From Sphacelaria rigidula (lineage: Eukaryota): a stretch of DNA of 32,059 nucleotides. The DNA lies in contig CAXNAA020000041.1 of the NCBI GenBank assembly GCA_964200075.2, positions 1 to 32,059 of the forward strand, given 5' to 3'. The notes below the pieces were generated by a model. The model was not told where the DNA came from, made no database searches, and saw only the letters and a list, made by a program, of their open reading frames with translations. The translations under genes were made by a program, and so were the position numbers. Each line of letters begins with the position of its first letter. The stretch's first letter is position 1. Shown piece after piece: positions 22,399 to 32,059 of the stretch.

Positions 22399-24001
22399 GG
22401 GCAATGGTCTACAGAAGGTATACCTTCTCGTATTTTGCCTCAGAAAGGTACGAAAAATGACCAGAAACGCGAAAACAGCACAACACACAATACAGACCGA
22501 TTTCGCTCCAAATTTTTCACGCACAGCAATCGGGGGGGTCCTCGGCACCCGGGCCTCGAAAAAAAACAGAAAAAACATGATAGTCGCGAGATATGGCCAT
22601 GAGCAGAAGGACTTCTCGCCTCCGGAAACCACTTCCCCTTACTGCAACAAATTTCGGACAGGTATATATAAATATACCTGATATGGGAATTATTTTCGAT
22701 CGGACCTTATCTGGGCCATCAGTCGACCCGAAAAGTACCTGTCCTGGGCCACCGCTTTCCACACTATACCTGGTGCGGCACACTGCGAGCAAGGGAATCC
22801 ACGCGCCAACGCCAACCATGGCGACCACACATTCGGCTCTTTTCCCGCCCATTTGCCGTTCACGGACGCCACAACGACCACACCCCTTTCTCCCCAGAAA
22901 TTATTTCCGAGTCTCTCCGTATCGATAAAAGAAGTTGGCTCACAGCTCACAACGCGTCGGTCTTTTGCACTTGCGGAGTGTTACGTAGCACCGTGCTGTT
23001 GCGATCTGGGGTTGGTGTCGTGCTCCGTATAGACTCTTTTGGGGAGGTTAGTTTACCACTTGGGAGGGTGAGAAATTTCTCAGAAACGCATAACTTCGAA
23101 AAAATTCTAACACCAACAGTAACCCTAACCCCAACCCCAACGAAGGCACACCGAGGACCCCCGGGCAAGGGGGTGGAGATCGTTACATAGGCAAAGGGTG
23201 CGTTGCCAGACCTCAAATTGGCACCCCAGGCGCCGATTTCGACAAAAACGCGTTCTGCGCAAGATAGGAGCACGCTTGGACCATATCCCCATTAAAGATT
23301 CGGATTTCGATGATCAAACTAAAATCAAGTCGAACTATCTGAGAAGTCTCTCACCCTCCCAAGTGGTGAACTATACGGCGTTTGGGACCCTTTTCCCCCC
23401 ACGATCGTGTTAGTGGCAGGTGTCCATTTGTGCTGTTCCCATGTCATGATGCCCATTTACAAAAGGTGTGAATTGGCATCATTTTGACCTGAAAAGGGTT
23501 GATGGATGTGGCATTCGGGTTAGTAACAATGTGGTCATTGCAGCGTTCGTGAACGGCAAATGGGCGGGAAAAGAGCCGAATGTGTGGGCGCCATGGTTGG
23601 CGTTGGCGGGGGGATTCCCTTGCTCGCAGTGTGCCGCACCAGGTACAGTGTGGGAAACGATGGCCCAGGACAGGTATTTTTCGGGTCGACTGATGACCCC
23701 GATAAGGTCCGATTGAAAAATAATTCCTAGATCAGGTTTACCTGGCCGAAATCTGGCCTAGGAAGGGGAGGTGGTTTCCGGAGGCGAGACGTCCTTCTGC
23801 GCATGGCCATCTCTCGCGAGTGACATGGTTTTTTCTGTTTTTTTTTCGAGGCCCGGGTGCCGAGGACCCCCCCGATTGCTGTGCGTGAAAAATTCGGAGC
23901 GAAATCGGTCTAGATTGTGTGTTGTGCTGTTTTCGCGTTTCTGGTCATTTTTCGTACCTTTTTGAGGTAAAAGAAGGTATACCTTTTCAGAACCATTGCT
24001 C
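22399..24001. mobile_element. Non-autonomous MULE-like element with about 480-bp TIRs
   Basis: 22399-22882 is the inverted homolog of 23530-24001. Termini GGGCAATGG/CCATTGCTC. Degenerate 9-bp TSD CATTTCTGT / TTTTTCTAT (6 of 9 match). Confidence 0.82.
23070..23230 (-). repeat. Dispersed repeat with a telomere-like tract, copy 3, inside the MULE-like spacer
   Basis: TAACCCTAACCCCAACCCC at about 23120-23138. Reverse complement has AATTTGAGGTCTGGCAACGCAC, matching the starts of the 2606 and 9737 copies. Confidence 0.65.
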
Positions 24002-24735
24002 TTTTTCTATCGTTTATACGTGGGTTAGGCGTCGGGACAAGCGCACCTCGGGTCTCATGATGCTGAAACTTTGAGTGAATCTTGGCTAATGCCACAGGTG
24101 GATGTCGAAGTCACAGGTTCTGTGGCGTAAGGTGCTCAGGGCGCTGTGTGGGTTAAAACGGTGCTTATGGGCATGATGTTTTCACCTAGTATGCGACACT
24201 CGTTTGTCTAATGACAATCATAGATGGTACCATATCACACCGGCGCGGAAGCAGAACCGGATCTTGCCAGCCGCGCCCTCAAACATGGCCCTCCTTCCGT
24301 CAAGGAAAAAAAAAAAACATAGCCCGCTCATGGATCAACGCTCCAAGCAACATTGCTGACAGGCAACCTTTAGGCTTCGTTATATATCTGAGGGTACTGG
24401 GCTCAACATTCCTGCTCCAAGTCCCGTGAGAGCTCGACCTTAATCTCCTCTGACGCTAACAGTGGGATTTGCTCAAGACCCCTGCAAAACTAACTGGCAA
24501 GGGGGAAACGTCCTCTTGCAGACAGTACCAGAGCTTCCGCGGCGGGTCACGATCACAGTTATGGATGGGAATAGGGGGCGATTTTGGGTACTATATTTCA
24601 GGGAAGTGCGTACCCACCTCTGTATACGGAAGAAATGAAGCCTACATGAGCCACTCAGTATTAATCACAAGTACACGCGTCACCTCCAAACGACGACCAT
24701 GCTTATACAAAATGTATTATTACTTTAGTATACTC

Positions 24736-25314
24736 CAGGGGGCTACGGGGAAAATATTTTCGGACACGGAGCCCCCCCCCCCTCCCGGAGGGCATGTTTT
24801 CGACAATCGTCATTACCTTTTTCTTTGTTGAGTATTTTTGTAAGAAAATGATCAATAAACACTGAGAAAAACCAAAAAGTCTGGGGGGTTTTGCAGGATT
24901 CGTATATTTGTTTCTGCTCCTAGCTGGCTCTGTCCCGATGACCTCAGAGGCCGGCCACGCTCACACACATGTATGTACACGAGCGCACGGTAGCGACAGC
25001 CTGTAGCCAAAGTAGCAACATTATCTCACGCCTCGCCAAACTTACCCGGACTACCGTTAGGTGGGTACTCGAGGCAAACGACACGAAATATGATTCCATG
25101 AATGTAGTCATGGTAAGTGATAAGCCTGAGGGCGGCATGTCCGCCATCTCCGCGGTCTCCATATCAAGGATCTCTGTACACGGCAGCTGACCGCATCCGC
25201 AAACGCCTCGGTAATAAACTGGGGGATAGCAGGCTGGGTGCTCCCCCCCTTAAAAGCTCAAATTTATAATTTTGGGGCCTACGTGTCCAGAAATATTTGC
25301 CCCATAACCCCCTG
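24736..25314. mobile_element. Non-autonomous TIR DNA transposon with 7-bp TSD (P-superfamily-like), copy B
   Basis: TIR CAGGGGGCTACGGGG...CCCCATAACCCCCTG. Exact TSD TATACTC at 24729-24735 and 25315-25321. Shares TCTGTCCCGATGACCTCAGA and ACGGCAGCTGACCGCATCCGC with copy A. Confidence 0.88.
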
Positions 25315-27525
25315 TATACTCTACAGCAATCCCGTAACTGACGTTGCCATACATCTGTACACAGGGTCACAAAAAACAGGAGTGCAGTATGTTTTTGTGC
25401 CAATCTTTCAATCTTTCAACGCGGCTATCTCGGCAACGAAGCGCAAGATCAGACTGCGGTTTGTTGCGTGCGCTTCTCACACACCCAATCTAGCTCGCGT
25501 CGTTACGCGATTGTCTTCGCGCGTGATACTGAGGCGCACCAAACCAAAATGTACAAAAATCTCTCTTTTTTTTTCTTCAGTTTTTGGGACTTTTCGGGTT
25601 CGCAGTGGCGAATAGAGCTGTGAGGAAACGACTTGACCTGTGCATAAATAGCTTTTGTGTCTATGCGGGGGGTTCTGAAGTGCCGCGGGCATGCTTGCTT
25701 CCTGTGTCGCTCTCGCGCTGAAAAGTGCTATAGCTGTCGCATACTAAACCAAGTTAATAAGGGATGACGTGTGCGTTGTGTTCATATTCTGCTCGGCAGT
25801 GGTGCGACCACCTGATGATGTGTTCATTATTCCTCCGTGTTACTTAATTTTTTTCGGAGAACGTGCTTTCGGCCGTTAGGCCCCCCGTTCCCACCCATAG
25901 CAGTGTGATACCCACCGAGGTGGTTGCTATGGCATTCCTCTCCCAGTAAAAGCTTGGTGTGATGAGTCGTCATCGCATCCACGGCTCTGGCCATAAGCAC
26001 AGCGCCCTGCTGCAGGACGTTCTTGAACTCTGGCGTGTTCATGGCCTCTGCCACCTTCACCAGCCCGGTAGCAGAGTAGAGTAACGCGAATGATCGTTTG
26101 TACGTAAATTTTTCTGTGGTTCAGCACCTTCCACTTCGCCCAGCCCTTGCGAAGAATTTCACCATCTAACAAAGTGACACGTTACGTGACAATAGAGAGT
26201 TTCGGTAAACGCTTTTTTGCCATTTCAGAGTGCAAATACCTCAGGGTCAGAGTGCAGAATAAAACATACAAAAAAATACCCCCCCTGAAAAACAAATTAA
26301 AGGGAATACCATATTTGACGGAGGGGTGGGATCATTTTTCGTTACACTGTGATCCCGATATATTCGTACTCTGAAACGACAAAACAAGCGTTTTTCGAAA
26401 CTCGCTCATGTACAATTCTAGTTCCACGCCACATCTCAGCAGTACAGCACCCTTGTGCGCCGAGTGGTGCCTGCAGCTCTGAGAACACAGCACCAATTTA
26501 CCCATCAACTCCCACAGCTAGGCAGGATTTGATTAGCAACGGCTTGCGACAGGCGCAGTGACGTACTCCTTCGCCGTGCTGATTCCTACAACGTGGATGT
26601 ATGCCTATTGCGCCAGCTGTCTGCGCTGATTGTGATCACCCCTCTGCCCAGGATGGTTCCTTCTTTGGGCTCAATACAACTTTTACTGTGGATGGAGCAT
26701 GACTACTTCAAGTGTAGCACTACAGTCGGCGTAACATCGAAATACCAGAAGCCTTCATATTTATTTAAATGAACAACAGTGGAGGGCGTGGGTATGTTTG
26801 TGCTGCAGTTCAGTGAGGCATGACATGTCCCACAGATAGTCCTTTACCCGATTGTTAGCCGCCTGGCGTTCAAAATGGGATGCCAATTTTTCATCAGAAA
26901 CTCGCCCGCTGACCAAAAGTCATAATGGTGAGGATCGCATTTATTCAGAATCGTCACTGATTTTATTCCATGATAGCTGGTTATTCACGAATCGTTCAAA
27001 AATCAAAGTTTCAGCCAATTCTGATCAGCGCTTTTTTCTGTCGCGACTTTGAGTGGAGACAAGTAAGCATGTCTTGTGGCAAAAATTTGGAGTTGCACAC
27101 ATCATGTTGGCGTCATCTAGGGTTTTTTCACCCACCTGTGTAACAGTACCAAGGGAGACACGACGGCTGATCATCCGTCACGTGACTTTTTCAACTTGGA
27201 ACAATAGAAAACACTGTGCCCCCGCCCCTTATCATGTACAGACCGAAACACAGCAGCAGTACAGCTCAGACAGTTTCTAGCGCAGGTCAAATCATGTTCG
27301 TGGGATTCAAACGTACCACAGTACAGCGACAAGCGCAGCGTAGAGATGATGGGTGTGGGCACGGAGCGTCTTGTTCGTTCTACAGCGCTGTCCTTCGTCA
27401 ATGATATGGAGGCTTTTTAGAAATCATTAATACTGAGAGGGGTTTCACTTGAAACGGTCATGCTCCACGGCGTTACATGTACTGAGATTCGAGGGGCGCA
27501 TGTTCTTGCAAGACACGTGTCCACA

Positions 27526-28470
27526 TTAGCACGGGAAACTGACGCTAGAGACAACCTCGGTGGCTGAGGGCCCGGACGGCAAAGGATGCAGGCCACTGCG
27601 GAGGGAGGAGGCGCTTAGTGCACCAACGTTTCGCGGCGGTGGAATGTACGACAAAGTTAGCACGGTGTGCTTCGAGCCGGCATTACTGTACTGACTGTAC
27701 GACGCAAACCACGCCTCGCAGAGCTGGGATACTCGCGATCCATCTGTGAGAATTGCATCTTGTCCCATTTTGAGATGAAATGAAACGATACAAAATTCCG
27801 CAGAAGGTCGATCAGGTTTAGGTCTGAGAAAGCTCAACATATTTACGTGCGAGCCCCCTCGTGAAAAACATGCAGGTTGATCTCCGATGTAAGACAAGAG
27901 CAACCGCCCTCGTCGTGATGAGTCTGTCTTGATGTCGGGCGAGCAAGCTCCGGTACACTGTGTAAGGGAATGGTGCCCCCTTCCCGCCTAGCTTCACAGT
28001 GGCTCTTGGCAGAAGACACCGTTCTCTGCGACTCGGCTCTATGGCCATGTCTTGCGCGAGACGCCACATGACCCCGAAGGGCAGCAACCTCAAAGATATG
28101 ATGAAGCCTGAACGGTGGTTGCTATCTGTGTTACTGCGAGCGTCGACCGATAAGCGGGCCGAGTCAAACGACTATGCTGGCAAGATTTGTTGCTGCCTCC
28201 GCGCCGATTGGATATAGTTCCCTCAATAGTTGTAATTTAGGAAGTGAAAAATGTTCCAAGAAAAGTGGCGGCATGGTGGATAATTATCTTTTCAATCCAC
28301 GTGACGCACAAAACGCCTTGGGTCGCCGATTCTGTTGCGTAGACACGTAACTGCGACCTCACCCTACGCAAACACAAAGGTTCAGCATTATCATACATCA
28401 GGCGCGCCGAGTTTGGGCGCCTAGCCTTCCAAATCACCGGTTCCATATTATTGAAAAGAAACAACACCGA
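27526..28470 (-). pseudogene. Decayed intronless gene of unknown family, homolog of 22270-24735
   Basis: Consecutive ORF pieces (28237-28467, 27818-28093, 27526-27903) are joined by one stop and two frameshifts. Peptide motifs are colinear with the plus-strand copy. Confidence 0.62.
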
Positions 28471-28973
28471 CTACCGAAGGCACAACAGCCAACACATGAC
28501 GTTTTCAACAGTATGTAGACAGCACTGCGTACCGACTACCGGTTTCGGTACGGCCGGGACACCACAGCAGTGCAGCATTCCGGAGAATCTCCAGCGCAGA
28601 TCTAACCTTCTTCGTGGAGTTCAAACGCACCGCACTACAGTGTCAGTCGTCGCACAGGAATGATGGAGCTGAGCACGAAGCGCCTTGTTCGTTACCCAAG
28701 ATACGCCATTCAACAAAAACATCGTGACACTTTTAACTTTGAAAGGACATAGCACTACGTGCCAACTTCAACTATTTTGTACAGAGCGGAACACAACAAC
28801 GATACGGTAGCTCACGCGATCCCAGCGGAGCAAACCGTCTTTGCAAGGTCCGAGCACACTACAGTGCAGTGGCAGCTACAGCACACGAGAGAGGGCGTGA
28901 GTGTGAGTGTGTCTGTGTTACAGTACAGTAAAACATGACATTCCCTACGTGTCAGTTCTTCGCCTGATTTTAA

Positions 28974-29071
28974 CCCCTTGGCCGCGAGGGTAGTCTATCT
29001 GGATCATGCATACTTTTTTTAAGTCAAATTGAAGCCGATCCAACAGATTACTTGTGCTTGTCGTCGAAGGG
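28974..29071 (+). mobile_element. piggyBac-like MITE copy
   Basis: TTAA|CCCCTTGGCCGCGAGGGTAGTCTATCTGGATCATGCATAC...GAAGGG|TCAA. Confidence 0.78.
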
Positions 29072-29247
29072 TCAAACGGCTCCTCAGTGTTGGCCGTTTC
29101 ACCCCCCCCCCCCCCCCCGATTTTGATCACCCGGCTGAATTTGTGGACGCGTTCAACCCTGTGACCGTAGGGTAGGTGATCTGTTGAGTCAGCATCATTT
29201 ACACTTGAAAAATAAGGTAAAATGATGTCGATTCAGCACATCGCCCA

Positions 29248-30089
29248 CAGTAGTTTTCAGCTGAAATAGGAGACTTCTGTAGTTTTTTCGTAGTCGATGA
29301 TTTTCAGTAGTTTATGCGCGTGCCACCACTCATCCCCGCGAACGCTTGATGCCGTGGTTTGGAGATCGGGAGATACTCGCACATTTCGGAACAAAGGATA
29401 TTTCTGCACTCAAAATTGAGTGATTACGGGCTGAATTGAGAGGGGGTATCATTGACCGTTTTTGGTTCGAAAACATTTTGAGCTCTAGCGCAATGGATAG
29501 GTAAAAATGAAAAATAAGGATACGCAAAATTATTCACGAGCGCGATGAAGATTGTTTCCGCCCCGCACGTGTGCTATGCAGAGCTCTGTTGTACAATTTT
29601 CGTCTTTGGGTACATCGGAGAATTTTCTCGTATACTATTCTTCCTTAGCACTCGAACGCCCTAGCGTCGATAAATAGTGGGTAAGTATTTGCTTTATCAA
29701 GAGGTGTTACCCACCGTCACGGGTCCAAATCACAGTTTGTCTTCTTTGGCGTAACACATAGATGGAGAAATGCACAAAACCATTCATTTTCATTTGTTTA
29801 CGAGAGTGATCGGGATTGTTTTAATCGAGCTGAGACACCCAAGGGTCAGAACCTGGGCTGGGTACCGGTAGTCGAAGGACCCCTGAAAACTGGTCAGCCC
29901 GTGAGTAGTTCAACTTTGAGCGCGGATATGATTTTTTTTCGGAATGTGGAGCGGATGCCTAGAATCTCCCGTCCCCAAACTTTAGGATCAAACGTTCACT
30001 GGGATGAGCGGTGGCACGCGGAAACATGATTGAAAATCGTTGACTACGAAAAAATCACAAAAGTCCCTTATTTCAGCTGAAAACTTCTG
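29248..30089. mobile_element. Non-autonomous Tc1/mariner-like element with about 200-bp TIRs, nested in a piggyBac-like MITE
   Basis: CAGTAGTTTTCAGCTGAAATA...TATTTCAGCTGAAAACTTCTG. Arms 29248-29447 and 29878-30089. Flanks CA|...|TA. The host MITE starts at 29157 and resumes at 30090. Confidence 0.82.
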
Positions 30090-32059
30090 TACCCTGGCGG
30101 TGAAAGGCTTCAATTTTTGGGGGTCATATTTGCACAAAATCGTCACTGATTTCGATTTATGAGATTGCTTTTATACCCGTCGTTAAAAATATGGGCGTGA
30201 TTTTGATTTTGAACGGCTTCCACAAGAGTTGGTCTGAGGGGGGTCTTCGCACATTTTTTGTCGATCGAAACAAGGGGCGGTGGAACTGATTTGAGAGAAA
30301 TTCGCTAATTTTTCTCGAGTTGGGTCCAAGCGAATTTTTAAGCTTTCCATCGAAAAAAAGGCAGTGACATTCGTGAAACGGTTCATGGTCCCTTGTGTAC
30401 AGTACATTCTGTACTGTCTGCACTGACTGTTTGCATGGAGTGTGTCTAGGTGCGCATGTGCATGTTTCGTACGGTAGAACGCGAACGACAAACGGGCAGC
30501 GTGCAGTACAGACACCGCAGGACTATAATATATGTTCTCTCTGCTTACAATGTGATATGAAGAGGACTTGTACAGTGTGCAAAAAGCACCTAATAAAGGG
30601 AAGGGGTGGACAATGCATGGCATAAATGTCAAGACCTACTGCACTCATGAAACAAAGACCTTACCGATGACCGACCACATGACCTACGAGAAGGAGCATG
30701 CAGCTTTAAGCGTGTACGCAAGCCGGTTGCCCACCCAACCACGCAGTTCTGTCGCTGATCTCCACCATGAAAGAAGATGCGCAACTTCTTGCCAACAGAA
30801 AATAAACAAAGCACACCCAACTACAGCAGTGTATCTACCCCCGTGCTTACTCGTGCTTTATGCGGCAGAGTTGTGGGGGTAGCTGAACATGAGTTGTGTG
30901 GGTTTTGCATGGTTCTGTGAACTGGTGTTCTCTGGCGTGGTGCTCTGTGAGATAGGAGTCAATTGTCGCTTCGTGCCTTTCAATCGCATGTTTTGAATCG
31001 AAAAATATGATATTTTGTGTCAAAAAAGTTTTCCTCCGCGCCTCACCAATAATAATTTTGAGTTGAAGCCTTCTAGGAACATGAATGCGGTGGACCTGTC
31101 AGATCAGCAAAAAAAAAAACGACCACACTTTTTCGATCGAAAGCAAATGTGCAAACGCATGCCCCAAGAGTTGGTCGAACGAGGAAACACATAACATACT
31201 TTGAGGGGGGGAGGGAGGAACGGGTTTCTTTCGGCGCAGGACGCAGTCGGAAACAGATCTGGAAATCTCAACGGACGTGACTGAAACACGTATCTGGAAT
31301 ACATTGTACCTACCCAACCCAGCCCGACAAAGCACACTGAGACACACACAGCACAAGTTCATCATGCCTAGCGCTAGCTCCACCTCTTCTACACACGGTG
31401 TTGTTTCACGACAATCCGTTTGGTACTAGAAGAGGGCCAACTACGTGTGTGACACGAAAGTTGCGCACGATGGAGTCGTTGGCGGTTTGTGGGTGCGTTA
31501 TACGGCCCCCGTTTGACATAAATCGTCGCATCTTACTCAATTTTGAACCGAAACGTGCGGAGCCAATAACGTAGTACTCAACTGTTCTATAGCGACGGCT
31601 CGAGCTATTACAGAGTTACGGATGATATTCTTTCTCATCATAGAGCCAGCCCAGAGTGGGAGTTTTGAAACTTCAGAGTGGACGCTAAAAACTTCACAGT
31701 AGAAGGTGATGTGACGTGGCTTGACGTGAATTTTTTGTGTCGCAGTGATTGACCGCAGGTTGCCTCGCCAAATGTGCGATCGGCCAGCGTCCAGTTCGAA
31801 AATACATAGGTCGGCACGGCACTGACTGTACCGCAGCCTGCGGCATCGTACGTACCGTACACTACGCTTCACTGCACCTGCAGTTTTTCAATCCACTACC
31901 GCGCACTACAGGGCACTGTAGTGCTGTGCAGTGTGGAGTACAGACAGTGTAGTGCAGAGAGTTTAATACAGAGCCCACACTTTCTACAATAGCCCCCCCC
32001 CAAAACCAGCTCAAAAGTGTCACGAAAAAAATGGCCATACAGCACATGATGTTTGGGTT

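Larger units (their letters stand above)
22270..24735 (+). pseudogene. Decayed intronless gene of unknown family, interrupted by a MULE-like insertion
   Basis: Colinear peptide similarity to 27526-28470(-). Stops at 24128, 24427, 24451 and 24457, plus frameshifts. The frame is restored when 22399-24001 and one 9-bp TSD are removed. Confidence 0.62.

Noticed and set aside
28340..28420. RLMYDNAEPL as a retroviral integrase SDNG motif, and GFIISLR as Copia RNase H
   Set aside because: Expected neighbouring motifs (HPQ.NG..ER; DAS/DAD and W.S.K) are absent in both copies.
27178..28720. LTR retrotransposon made of direct repeats around a coding relic
   Set aside because: The repeats are too diverged, I found no TG...CA ends, PBS/PPT or TSD, and the unit occurs as a tandem array elsewhere.

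Overview
Eukaryotic, repeat-dense genomic DNA, not prokaryotic. GT-AG introns, TTAGGG-like motifs and a repeat (CCAGCCGGGGTCACACAGGAGGAAGGTCA) that I recall from Ectocarpus-type genomes suggest a brown alga (inference). One well-supported spliced minus-strand gene spans 16490 to 12651 (six exons found, 5' end not located) and encodes ankyrin repeats, a Tudor/SH3-like module and a disordered tail. A second large minus-strand exon lies at about 5800-6630. Much of the rest is non-autonomous DNA transposons: a TTAA-flanked piggyBac-like MITE family, two P-like elements with exact 7-bp TSDs, a MULE-like element with long TIRs, and TA-flanked Tc1/mariner-like elements. There are also foldback and palindrome arrays, minisatellites and retroelement 3' tails. 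The least explained signal is a pair of strongly diverged, intronless, decayed copies of an unidentified protein gene (about 22270-24735 plus, split by a transposon; about 27526-28470 minus), with a possible third relative at 1-600. No rRNA, tRNA or CRISPR array was found. All alignments were done by eye.
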